This document shows positions 12,570-25,671 of a stretch of 64,000 bases of DNA, one piece after another. Source of the stretch: Octopus sinensis (lineage: Eukaryota); assembly GCF_006345805.1 (NCBI RefSeq), contig NC_043009.1, forward strand, positions 10,912,001 through 10,976,000, written 5' to 3'. How positions within the stretch are numbered: the first letter of the stretch is position 1; each line of letters starts with the position of its first letter. Under the pieces are notes generated by a model that had not been told where the DNA came from, ran no database searches, and was given only the letters and a program-made list of their open reading frames with translations. The translations under genes and the position numbers were made by a program.

Positions 12570-13173
12570 TCCCAACATTTTTCGGGCTACAATCCCGTTG
12601 ACTCACAGGCCACATTTCTAGTGCCTCCACGCAAACTAATCACCACAAATATGGACCCATTTCTGACGCAAATTCCAAACAACTGTATTTAACAAAAAAT
12701 ACTTAACCTAATGAATCCATTATTCTGTTGCTTTTACATGAATCGCTATCCCATTATTGCCTCACTTTTCTTCAACGCCCCCTTGTAGCTTTCCAACGCC
12801 TCCAGGGCTAAATACCGCCCACTTTGTGAACGACTGCCTTATATATATATATATATACAGAGCTATCATCAGCAAGAAAAAAATTGGGTTGTCAGTGAAG
12901 GTGTTATACACAGTAGTATTTCAACAAATTAGTGATAGAATCTATAAAGACCAATTCAAACATCGTGAAACTTGCATTTCTAGGTGTAAAAATCTACAAT
13001 AAAGTGCTCTACATTCGGAATTTAATATTCATAAATTTATAAGTATTTAATATTATTGCTCTGAAATTGAATTACTCCGTTTCATTTTGTCGGTCCTTTC
13101 ATGAATTTACATAAAATGATACTCGTTAGGCATACGAAAGAGTCATGCTTGTTTCTATCATGCACACACACAC

Positions 13174-13219
<46 letters not shown>

Positions 13220-14134
13220 TATACATATATATGCATATTCATATATATGCATATATTGAGAGAGATGATGCGTGTAAATACTTATAACATACATACGCAT
13301 AGGTAATATGCACGCGGACACACAACATATGTATATATATATATACGCACTTACGCATTCGCACACAGACACATATACATACATACACACACACCATATA
13401 TATATATATAGGTACATATACATATTGGTGTAGGGGTATAAACTGTGAATGAATGTGTTTGGCGTAAGTTTGTGTTGTTGTCCGGGGGCGTGAGAGATCA
13501 TATATACCCTTATAATAATACTAATGCATAAAGTATAATGGCCTCGTAGCACTGCAAATGAAAGTGAGAAACATTAGACTATAAAATTATCTGTGTTTGA
13601 AGTGTGAAGTGTATGCTAACGTGACCATATTTGTCACTCTCTCATGCAAATGTAAGCGCACGTATCACTTTCCTGCAAAATGGCGGATACGAGAGTGTGA
13701 AAAAAATATTTCGAGACATGATTTGCTCGCACCTTTCTATACGCAGCGTTCATGTGACTGCATTGCTATAGATATATAATTATGATGTGGTTCATGTGAC
13801 TTAGCTATTCTGCTAAAATCAACAGCATATTTACTCGTAACACTAGATTTCTATACATCCTTGTTCTCATTCTATGCGGTTTTATAATTTCATATGATTC
13901 TATACCGTAGCGTAGTGAATTAAAACATTTATATTTCAACATTCACATACAGATATATTAAAAAATTCCTACTCTCTCTTTATATATATGTATGCCTGCA
14001 TGCGTACGTGTGTGTCTGTGTGTCTGTGTGTGACGCTGTGTGAGTGTGTTTATGTGTGTATGCTTGGAAATAAGTATATAAATGAAACTATGTCTCATAC
14101 TTCTACATACACACACATACACACACACACACAC

Positions 14135-14182
<48 letters not shown>

Positions 14183-14404
14183 TGCAGACATATACAAAAG
14201 ACTTACGCACTTGCCTTCATTTATACATAACAAAACAACACTATTTCCTGTGAATATACACAAATATACAATCAAACATTTATACACACATACAGAGACA
14301 CACACACACAGTGTGTTATAAACTCACGTAATTTTAGAGAGAGATAGTGATAGAGATAGATAAAGATATATTATATATATAGAGAGAGAGGGAGATAGAG
14401 ATAA

Positions 14405-14459
<55 letters not shown>

Positions 14460-14539
14460 AATGAAGAGCTTGGTGGAATAACAAATATATTTTTCATTTG
14501 CCGAGAATTCAGGTGTAAAATTTAAGAAGACAAAATACA

Positions 14540-14710
14540 TATCAAAAACATACAGATACATACATACATAATACATACATACATACACACATACGTACAT
14601 AGATACATACATACATAGATGCATACATACATACATGCCTACATACATACATAGATGCATACATACATACATGCATACATGCATAGATGCATACATACAT
14701 ACATGCATGC
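14540..14710 (+). repeat. (CATA)n array with GATG interruptions
   Basis: Direct reading. Confidence 0.95.
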
Positions 14711-14713
14711 ATC

Positions 14714-16075
14714 TGATGGAGAATGTTATAGGTACCTCGGTTTAGATGAAAATATATCTTATGATCGTAGCTGTAATATGACACAAATCAATAAAGAATA
14801 TTTCAGCCAGATAAAGGAATTATTAAGCTCGAAAATCTTTGCATTCAATATAAACAATGGTCCACAATGTATTTTTAGTACCAATCCTCATATCAACATT
14901 TGGGCTACTAGATTGGACGGTTGATGAGATCCGAGCCGTTGACGTGAAGCACAGGAAGATGCCAGCCAGCACACAATTTCCACATAAACAGCGACGTAGA
15001 CCACATGTACCTAAAACGAAAACAAGGTGGCAGATGCTTAACATCGATCTGGGCTATCTTTGAATGCCATAATCTATCCCTTTCGCAACATCTTTTAACC
15101 ACCGAATATCGATGTGCATCCCTTGGTCAAGTTTGCGTACATGAGTCAGATATATTCATGTGACTTGGAAAGCAGCTCCTTGAGCAGCATTCCTTGTCTG
15201 ATAGTCTTGAATACACCATGTCTTTAGATGAGAGAACGAATGCATATCAGCTAAAGACCATGGATATTTTAGCAGAGATCTCCGGTATGATAGTAGCGTT
15301 GATAATCAAAGCACTTTATCATGCACAACAACCGGACTACTACACATATTATGTTAGAAATCATAGACACAAAAAATAAGAAGGAGTACTGGTGGAATGC
15401 CTTAGTGAATAAACAATAACAGAGCTGACATAGGGATTTTGGATAGAGAAGAGAAACTGTGTACAGTAGGAAAAAGCAGCTGCCCATCATATGTTAACAT
15501 AAAGCTGAAGATCAGTGAAAAAGAAAATAACCATGCAGAACTATTGAGATAACTAGTTACTCTATCCAGATTGTAAGTTCAGAATTATACCTGTAATTAT
15601 TGGATCATTGGATTATGTAATACATTGCCTAAGTACCAATCTTGAGAAATTAGACTTCTCAAACCCAGACAGGAGAAAGCTGATTCGAAGACTACAGATC
15701 CAAATCAGCAATGGAACTGTAAAAGTTTGTAAAACTTACCAGATTATCGTTTAAGTACATATGCAGGTGTCTAGACATGTAATTATATCCAAGAGAAAGT
15801 TTAATAAAGCAAAACAAACAAATATGCACATGCATTGACTTCAAATACTACACTTGATGCACACGTACATGCAAAAATTGCCTGTTGATGCAGTGGAAAT
15901 TCCAGTTAAACCTTCGTAGGGCGGCGGGGTCCCCTCGGACCCCAGAAAATTTTAGAGGTAATACAACTTTTACAAATTTTTCCTTGCATCCTCGTTAGAT
16001 ACCTGGTAGACTAATGGAGTTCAAAGCGATGTTGTGACGAGAAAGGTTGTATTTTATGTTCCTGAGAACTAAACA
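14714..16075 (+). pseudogene. 5'-truncated R4/Dong-type non-LTR retrotransposon relic with probable 3'UTR
   Basis: YRYLGLDENISYD, VPILISTFGLLDWTVDEIRAVDVKHRKM, FRIIPVIIGSL and GTVKVCKT motifs; many stops and deletions; 3' boundary approximate. Confidence 0.8.
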
Positions 16076-16205
16076 TTATGTGAGCATGTGATGGTGTGTT
16101 GTGTTTGGCACCACAAGTTGCAACAGCGTCATTGAGTAGCTAAACAGATATGATAACGGTGTGGGATTCCTTGGTGCTAGGGAAAAAGAAAGCACACACA
16201 AACAT

Positions 16206-16292
<87 letters not shown>

Positions 16293-16889
16293 GAAAGAAT
16301 AGAGTCGAACGAAGATGTTAACAAAATTTCCCATGCTGACGACAAACATAGGATAATTCATTCACCTATTGAAATATATATATATATATGTGTGTGTGTG
16401 TGTATGTGTGTGTGTGTGTGGTGTGTGTGTGTGTATGTATGTGTGTGTGTGTGTGTGCGTGTGTGTGTATGTGTGTATGTGTGTATGTGTGTGTATGTGT
16501 GTGTGTGCATACACATGGGAGTTTAAGGAAAGTATAGAAGACTGCAAAGTCTTATGTATATAAAGTCTGTGGTCTATGCGTGCAGTGAAAGTTAGGTACC
16601 CTGTCCTTGCTTACGGGGAAGCCAGTACTGTGGTGATATACCTGGGCTGTCGATGGCCACTGGCTTTAAGTTCACCATTAGGGTGTACATCTGTGGCAAC
16701 ATTAAGTTCATTTTTCCTGATGACGGACACTGCAGGTTGGCAGAGAATTGTCAGTCTTTCACGGAGGCACAACTGACAATTGCGACACCGACCCTCACCG
16801 GCAACTGGTGTCGCTCAGCAATCACAACCCATTACTTTGACCACAAGGCACGACCAACATCCTCTCCAACCATGCGGTTCGAGAAACAT

Positions 16890-17330
16890 ACAAATTGAGC
16901 TTTTTATTTGACTCCGCTGATATTTCAATACCAATATGAACAGCGCACTGTAAACAGACTTGAACAATACTAAGCCGATTTTCAGTAGCAGAGTTGCTCG
17001 CGTAAAGTTGAGGAGATTGCTTTCTGTGACGAAAGTATGAAGGTTTACGTTGCATATATGATGTTCTGTTTTTGTTTTTTCCAACGGATTTCCTATTTCT
17101 TCCTGAAGAGAAAGACACAATATGGTCTCCTTATTCAATCGGAATTTGGTAAATTGTGGCTTTCGAAACACGTGTAGAATGCAATAAAACGATTTCTGTT
17201 CAATCTTCGTTCAACTCCATTTCTTCAATTCACTAATAATATTAAAATTCAATTATCCGCACCAACGCATGGTTGCAACACCATATGGTTGTACCTCCAA
17301 CCGTGCTGTCTTCTGCTGTGATTTTTGCTA
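16890..17330 (-). pseudogene. Highly degenerate PLE GIY-YIG endonuclease relic
   Basis: Frameshifted pieces TCFESHNL..YCVFSSGRNRKSVGKTKTE resemble the PLE TCxSxNLIYCxxCxxCxxxYVGETK pattern. Confidence 0.4.
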
Positions 17331-17388
17331 CCAAGTATCGGTTAAACTTTTGATTAATCTGCAACAAGATTATTCATCTTTCTATTTC

Positions 17389-17424
<36 letters not shown>

Positions 17425-18482
17425 ACGTACACCTTCATAATTTATTTATATATATATATATATATGTATGGGATGTATTGATACCTAGAAGACCCAAAGA
17501 GTGTCAGGTAACGCTAAATGCTATGGACAGACCGTGGTTAAACCCTTGGTTCGATAATGATGCGAGTGAGGAGTCTAATGTGGCTCTTGTATTAGCATGC
17601 AAATAAATATAAGACAGAATGAGATAACAAATTATTTAGTTTAATTCGTTCTCAGTCGAAAGACACCTGTTGTTTGTATTTGTAATTATGTACCATTTCT
17701 CCGTTCTTTTCGTCCTTGTTTTTGTATACATTCGCTTTCTTTCTTCCAAGGAGTCTAGTGCTCTTAGCTTAGATTTTCTTCAGGCCGGTCAGATTGGAGC
17801 AGTCTTGAGTGTAACAGACCGAAACTGCAAAGATGGTCTGGAACTCGACTGAGGATAGGAAGCTTCGAATGACACGTCCTTGTTTTTTTCCTGTTCTTTT
17901 TTGCATCATCTAACTGTCCGGATGTTATATTGTCGCCTGTTACATTCTTGTTCCACTTTTCGCTTTTATATATATATATATGTATGTATATATATATATA
18001 TTATATGTATGTATATATATATTTATGTATGTATGTATATATATATATGTATATATATATATAGATATGCACATACTTGACAGCAGTCATCATGTCATTA
18101 TTAAATGCCGATTGGCGAGAATCAAAGGGATGAATATCCTCCACAATATTTGTTTCAGGTGCGCATTAATTCCGATATTTACCCATCAGTAAACCCACAG
18201 TACTGGAACATGTGCAGCATTTGTTAATGTCAAAAGATATATCGGAGAAGTTGCAATTTTCTCCACCATCTAAATCATTGATAAATCTTCCTGATATTCC
18301 GACTGCTTCATGAGTGTGCATAAAAACACATATAGGCACACAAAATCATGCATATATGCATACATGCATACGAGGAGACATATATATATATATACACAGG
18401 AACATACGCTCTTCTATAAATACACTAGAACATACGCTGCTGTACAAATACTTATGCATGTATATTTGCATTGTGTATATAC

Positions 18483-18513
<31 letters not shown>

Positions 18514-18678
18514 TGTATGTATGTATGTATGTATGTATGTATGTATGTATCTATCTGTCTACACACATATGTACACATGCATATATACAAACTTATAAAT
18601 AATGCGCGTATATGGTTTTCAATCTCTGTGTGTAAGCATACATACATGCATATAAACACATATATATATATATACACG

Positions 18679-18710
<32 letters not shown>

Positions 18711-18837
18711 CGTATATATTTATGCATAAATATATAAATACGTATATATATAAATATATATATATATATATAGATACATAAACACACACACACATATATA
18801 TGTATGTTTATATATACATACATATATAAATACCGAT

Positions 18838-18870
<33 letters not shown>

Positions 18871-20220
18871 CGCACGCGAGTGCGCACACATATGTCATAT
18901 ATAATGTAAGAAAATACTATTGCATATATGTGTATAATCTTTTCATACAGTACCTAACCATATATATCCACCTACTTACAGCTATATATAACTATCTCAA
19001 TATTTGCCATATGATAAATCTGACTGAAAATAGAAGACGCCACATTTGAAAAATGTGTGTCTAAAACAAATAACTTTCTCTTGACTATTTATCATCATTG
19101 GCTAACCACCAACGTCTGCGATTTGATTTATCGAATATAGCCGCGGCTGTATCTAATACCAACTTGAGTCCACACCAACATCATCGAAACCACAAGTTTA
19201 CCTCATATGATCACTACATCAATATTTGTAACACTCACTCATATGATTTCTACTTTATGATTATCCTAATATATGTATCCCTGTAGAAATACATCAGTTG
19301 GCAGAGACAGTTAAGGTGAATATCGTTCAACTTAAGTTTTGACAGTTTGTATCTTGTTAGCGAACGAACTGCATCAACAATATTTAAACACTTGATAAAA
19401 GAAAAAAGAAATTCAGTTTCTTATCTATTCTATAAAATGAAGAAGGCGAACGTTGATACAAATTGGATTTTTATGCAAAAATGGGGTCTAAATGGGGCTG
19501 GAAGGGCATTAAAATTTGCAGGTGGAGGTAATTTGAGATAATAAATTTATTGGGAGAGATTTAGAGGCACTACAGTGGTTGCTTTGGTGTGAAAACGGGA
19601 TTTTATTGATTTTTGGCGACACTTGGGGGTCTAGATTGGACACCTTTTGCCCGATTTCAATCAATTTTCAACAATTCGTAATTTAAGCGCGGAAAATGGG
19701 TTCGTAATTTTGAAAATTAAGGCAAGATTTTTGAAATTGAAAACATTTCTCATTTTTACGTATTTTTGCCTTTTTTATTGTTTACTGTTTTCATTTTTCT
19801 GAAAGAAATTTACAGCTGCATGTTGCCCGTATTTAGAGCTTTCATTTGCATGGTCAATCGTCGAAAATTTCCCAACATAAGTACTAAATTTAACAAAGAA
19901 ATCGTTTTATTCCTTATTTTTAATCGCTCAAATAGTGGCACGTACAAAAGGCAAGTGTGCTTTCCGTTGTCACTGCCTGATATTTATGATTGATCTTTCA
20001 AAATATTTTCTTCCTCAACTTCCTCAAGGTCTTTTGTTGTTTTTATAAATGGGAGAGCGATAGATAAAGACAGAGATTAAGAGAAAGGGAGGGAGAGTCC
20101 GAGAGAAAAGAAGAGTAAGAGAGTGGGAAAGTGGGAGAGAAAGGAGAGAGAAACCAGGATGGAGAATGTGATGATAAGAAACAGAAAGGGATCAACAGAA
20201 ACTAACAACCACACCCTCAA

Positions 20221-20251
20221 CCGCGCGTAGAGCAGGTCACCTTATGCTAGT
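20221..20251 (+). mobile_element. Possible Helitron 3' terminus
   Basis: Degenerate hairpin CCGCGC-gta-GAGCAGG followed by CTAG|T; 5' end not located. Confidence 0.4.
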
Positions 20252-21027
20252 TTTCCTATAAAGAATCGCTTCGAAGCAGAGGCCTTCGTGTATGAATGAA
20301 GAATTGATATTTCTCAGGATTTTCACTAAATTTCTTCTGTAAATGCCTCTTGACATAAGTTGCATATATGCTCCTTTTGCAGTATGTCATTTTTTAATAG
20401 CTTTGTTCGGCTCTAGTCGGTTTAGTCCGCCAATAGCTTCAATACGTACACAAATGGCGTTACTGCACATGTAAGTCTATTAAGACTGTTTTACTACTCT
20501 GCTGTAGTAAAATATTTTTTTTAATGTTAACAAATTCCCATATACAATTTTAACTTTAGAAGATATTTATTTAGATAATGAGCTGCAAGTGATCAAAGCT
20601 ACCGTCGTATGCTTACAATTAGCATGGAGGTTACTTCTCAAAATGTCAGCACAAATCGGGGAAAGTCGATTAGAGAATCATTCATCGAAGTCATCTCGTA
20701 AGACAGGAGGCAATTCAATTTGAACACAAAATGTAATTTCGTCGAAAGATTAAAACCACATATTTAAAATGCGGTACACATCCATGACCCATTCGGCACG
20801 GCGACGAGTACTCTGAATCGTACTGATGCCTAATATATGAAAAGGAAAGCCAGTCACAGGAGGATTTGAAATATTCAACATAAGAGAATAAACAAAAATA
20901 TTTAACAACTAACGTTTTAAAAAAAATGTTCTGTTCAAGATCATAAATTCCAACCATTGTGGAGTCTAAAGTAAGTAGTTGTAGCTGAATGTTTATTGTG
21001 TGTGTGTGTAATATTTTATATCATAAC

Positions 21028-21070
<43 letters not shown>

Positions 21071-21211
21071 TTTATTTAAAGCAGCAGAAAATTCAACAAA
21101 ACCTGTTACTCTGAGTTTCACGTTCCCGTTCGTCGGACAGTTTTTGCTAGAGTACCACTGGTATTTGAGTACTCCTTTTTCCACCTTGTTTCACATTTAT
21201 GTGTTTACTCC

Positions 21212-21257
<46 letters not shown>

Positions 21258-21258
<1 letters not shown>

Positions 21259-21592
21259 TCGATGTGGCACTCCGTCGGTTACGACGGCCAGGATTCCAAT
21301 TGATCCGATGAATGGAACAGCCTGCTTGTGAAATTAACGTGCAAGTAACTGAGCACTCCACAGACACGTGTACCCTTTGAAAAATACAGGTACAACAGAA
21401 ACAGGAAGAAAGAGTGAGAGAAAGTTATGGTGAAACTGTACAGCAGAGTTTGCCACCATCCCCTGCCGGAGCCTCGCGGGGCTTTAGGCGATTTCGCTCA
21501 ATAAACACTCACAATGGCTGGTCTGGGAATCGAAACCACGAGCCTACGACCACGAGTCCGCAGCCCTAACCACTGGGCCATTGCGACTCCAC
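21258..21592 (-). mobile_element. SINE family A
   Basis: tRNA-like head at about 21520-21592 (reverse complement has A and B boxes); body matches 2694 and 48063. Confidence 0.9.
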
Positions 21593-21622
21593 ATATATAT
21601 GTATGTATGCATGTATGTACAC

Positions 21623-21699
21623 CTATAAATAAGGGTATCTGAGAGACACCACCATGCCGAAATAGCATGGTGGTGTCTCTCAGATACCCTTATTTATAG
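21623..21699. repeat. Perfect 35-bp inverted repeat with 7-nt loop
   Basis: CTATAAATAAGGGTATCTGAGAGACACCACCATGC cgaaata GCATGGTGGTGTCTCTCAGATACCCTTATTTATAG. Confidence 0.97.
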
Positions 21700-21749
21700 T
21701 TGTAAAAAATGTTACCTTTGTATGGTATTTATACCGATGCTGGCCACTT

Positions 21750-21781
21750 GATAATATCGATATTTAAATATCGATATTATC
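21750..21781. repeat. Perfect 32-bp palindrome with no spacer
   Basis: GATAATATCGATATTT|AAATATCGATATTATC. Confidence 0.97.
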
Positions 21782-21879
21782 CTTATGTATGCATGTATGT
21801 ATGTATGTATGTATGTATGTATGTATGTATGTATGTATGTATGTATGTATGTATGTATGTATGCATGCATGAATGCATG

Positions 21880-22374
21880 GTCGCGTCGTCGGCGACTAAA
21901 ATGGCAACCCCACCAAGCTTGCTTGGTGAGGAGGGTGTTTATTGGACACCCCGCGGGATGAAAATCAAAACCCGTCAAAGGGTGGAGGAACTCTTGAGAG
22001 TCAACGGCCATCCAATAAATGTCTTAAGGCTGTATCATGCGCGGGGACATAGACATAATCGGACTGAATACCCGATCGCGCGGTTAAACCATTAGGAGTG
22101 AAGGACTCCTAGCTTTTGTTAGGGCATCCCCCTAGGAGAAGGTAACTCAGGTAACTGGGATAACTCCGACATAAAACCTGCGGCTCAGCGGTTACCGATG
22201 ATGTTGATTTGTTCCTCTTTTCGGATTATGGCTGCTGTTGCTTAGTGAGTGGGATTGACTCAGTGCACAGCCTTTCCTCACTTTAAAAAATAACTTCTTG
22301 CACAGGCATTGCACGATAACAACAATGATTAAGCTTCGTGCAATGGCCATACTCGATAACGAGGGGGAAGCCAC
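21880..22374 (+). mobile_element. GC-rich multi-hairpin insertion, possibly an RTE-type 5' region or derived SINE
   Basis: Sharp GC shift inside an (ATGT)n tract; several short perfect hairpins; CTAGGAGAAGGTAACTC..TAAAACC recalls RTE 5' regions. Confidence 0.45.
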
Positions 22375-22869
22375 CATGTATGCATGTATGTATGTATGTA
22401 TGTATGTAAATATGCAGATACATATATATATGTGTGTGTATGTGTGTGTGTGTGCGTATGTATATAAGCATGCATGTATGTATACACGTACATATTGAAT
22501 CATACATGTATATTTATATTATATGTACAATGTGATTGGGTTAAGTTTGACGATGTTTTGTAACTCAATTTCCTTTAATATAAAATGTATTAGTGAACGA
22601 TCAAAGGCGTTGGAGAAAATTAAGATGAAATGTTTAGTGCAGAAAATGTTCTGAATTGCAGGTCTAGAACAAATCACTCCCGGTACACATGTATTTCTAA
22701 CCTTGGTACTTAATCTATTGCTAACATTTGCCGAACCGCTATGTTAGGAAGATGAAAGAATATAATCACCAGTGGTGGTGAAACAAAGACACTAAGACAC
22801 ACACACACACACACAAACACACACGCATACACACACACACACACACACACACAAATATATTTGTATATG

Positions 22870-23015
22870 TATAGTGTTGTGTATATATATATATACGTAT
22901 ATGTATAGAGTGTTGTATGTATATATATGTGTGTATATATATATATATATAAAGAGAGAGAGACACACACATTATATATATATGTATATCTATATATATA
23001 TACATATATACACAC

Positions 23016-23057
<42 letters not shown>

Positions 23058-23231
23058 TTATATATATATGTATATCTATATATATATACACACATTTTAT
23101 ATATATATATAGACACACATTAATATATATGTATATCTATATATATATACACACATTATATATATATATATAAATATATATATATGTATGCATGTATATG
23201 TATATATATATACACACATTATATATATATA

Positions 23232-23267
<36 letters not shown>

Positions 23268-23330
23268 CATTATACATATATATACAAACATATACACACA
23301 TAAACATATATACTCATATACACATACACA
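22870..23330 (+). repeat. (TA)-derived minisatellite with recurring ACACACATTATATATA / ATGTATATCTATATATA units
   Basis: Direct reading. Confidence 0.8.
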
Positions 23331-23358
23331 CACACACACACACACAAAACAACCTAAG

Positions 23359-23403
<45 letters not shown>

Positions 23404-24358
23404 TGAATAGAGACTGTCATGAACGTGCATGACTGCATTATTCGCTTTGTGGTAATCTGGATACCATGAGGCTGGTTAGAAGCTCATCAGTATTCTCGGA
23501 AACCTATGGTATACGGTAAAAAAAAAAAAAATAGAAAAAATCTAATTTTTGACACCTGGAGTACGGAAAGATATTTCAAATTACGTAAAGTTCTTTTTAA
23601 CCTTATTTTTAACTCGTTAATGGTTTTCATAGCCCAGTTTTTGCTTCAACATCTGGAAATTGTTTAATTATATACCTGCAAGTGTATATTTTTAATACTG
23701 TTCTCCTGACTGCTGTGGAGTACATATACGTTTGTACCGAGCTTTTGACGGAATGTTTCTATTTCGAACTACAATTGTTTCATTCCATTCACGCCACCCG
23801 AACACAGCTAAATCCCATTTAATTTCTAACTACTAAGACTGTATACAGCAGGTTTCTTTGTGGATGCGTAGCTTGGTGTTGGTGGGGATCTTTGTCGCGA
23901 TGACTGCTTGAAAAATGAGAAAGAAATAAAACAATGGAAGTATTTTTTTCTAAATCAACCATAAATCCGGGTCTTTGTTTCACTATTGAAACAAGAAGAC
24001 TCAGTAGTTTTGATTAAACTATTAGATTTATTTCCTGTAGAAGGAAGGCATTAACAAACGAAACGGAAGCAGCGTTCATCTTTTATGCAATTATTTTTGT
24101 TCATTTGTTTTATATATCCATCTATGCTTCTATCTAATCATATTTTCTCGATACATACGGGGTATGTAATGTCCTCAACAAGATATCAAAGTAGAAAATA
24201 TAAAAATACCGTACATTCATTTTTTAAAAATAAAACCATTAAGACTCTATTGATGCAGTTTTGTCAACTATTCAATACATCTATATTGATACATCCGGTG
24301 ACCTCCATCAAGAAGAAATATGTCAATATATAATATGAAAACAGCATGGGGTGATTAC

Positions 24359-24502
24359 AATCAAAATAAGCAGCAAGGATATCCAAGGTAGAGTGGTACA
24401 ATTGTTTCATGCTACTTCATTTTATTAAACACTGTAGCCAATGAAGTAACATGGAACACTTGTACTACTCTACCTTGGATATTCTTGTTGCTTATTTTGA
24501 TT
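24359..24502. mobile_element. Fold-back of the 3' end of the family seen at 51990-52226 (63-bp arms)
   Basis: AATCAAAATAAGCAGCAAGGATATCCAAGG.. / ..CCTTGGATATTCTTGTTGCTTATTTTGATT. Confidence 0.85.
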
Positions 24503-24777
24503 ATATATATATATATATCGATCCATTTAGTGAGCTACTTGGTGATGGGTGAACAAGTGTTTTCAGCAAATCTCATGTAATGTAATGTAGGTGGAACTTG
24601 GACTTTTGGAGAGGCTGTGACCGTTTAAAGGTGATTTGTGGTTGCAGCTGTGGGATATATAAAGTTGTCCATTATCTAACCTCTTCCAAAAACTAAAGGG
24701 TATATTTTTAAATGAAGGCAGAATTTGGGAAATAAGGGAATCGGTAGAGCGTTTGACAAAAAGCCTTGCTATATTAA

Positions 24778-24997
24778 CCCTTTCGTTACTGTATTTATTT
24801 TGAGATATTCTGTGCTTCTTTCAATTACTTTAAATATAACAAAGAAATTAGTAAAATAACTTAGTTATCATTAAGCTAGTGTTAGGAACATAAATTGTGA
24901 CTAAGGTTTGGTAGAAGATTTTAATTCAAAACTTATGAAAACAAGAGATTTGTACTCAGAACCAGAGCCAGTTTCAGCCGGGTTGGTAACGAAAGGG
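24778..24997. mobile_element. piggyBac-like MITE, 220 bp
   Basis: 12-bp TIR CCCTTTCGTTAC / GTAACGAAAGGG; TTAA on the left, degenerate TATC on the right. Confidence 0.7.
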
Positions 24998-25404
24998 TAT
25001 CTCTTTCAGGATTCAAATAGTTAAAGAGATTTTACTTAGATATGTTCCAAAACAGATTTAGGTATATACCCTTGCATTTCGATTCCCGATCAAAAATCGA
25101 TAACTGCTCTCCAATATACGACAAGAGAATACGTCCAGTGAAGATTTAATCTTTTATCCTTTTATCGTTCTGGAATCAATAAAATAATCGACTCTAACAC
25201 GCACGGGCGATTATCTAGTCTTGGGCCTCTTTTCGAAGTGGAAATTATCTTAGAGTTATGGGTGGTAGAAGTGTGCGTTCGATTATTTTTGTGGAGTTCT
25301 GTCCCATCTCATTATCTTTAGATTTTAAACCTTATTCAAGTCAACTTCATTTCTCCGCAGACAAGTTTATTGAACAAGTATTGCCTTGCAGTATATATAT
25401 CTTC

Positions 25405-25592
25405 TGGTATTTTTATTGTTGTTGTTGTAGTTGTCATCCTCATCATTATTGCTGTTGTTGTTGTTATTATTATTATCATTATTATTATTATTATTGTTAT
25501 TATTATATTATTATTATTATTATTATTATTGTTATTATTATTATTATTATATTATTATATTATTATTATTATTATCATTATTATTATTATTA

Positions 25593-25671
<79 letters not shown>
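25405..25671 (+). repeat. (TAT)n/(TGT)n trinucleotide array
   Basis: Direct reading. Confidence 0.96.

Noticed and set aside
17845-17880. CTGAGGA..CGAATGACACGTC possible hammerhead
   Set aside because: A15.1 is missing and stems I and II are poor; it may be a decayed copy but cannot be supported alone.
23470-23500. Minus-strand CTGATGAGC
   Set aside because: No GAAA follows a stem II.
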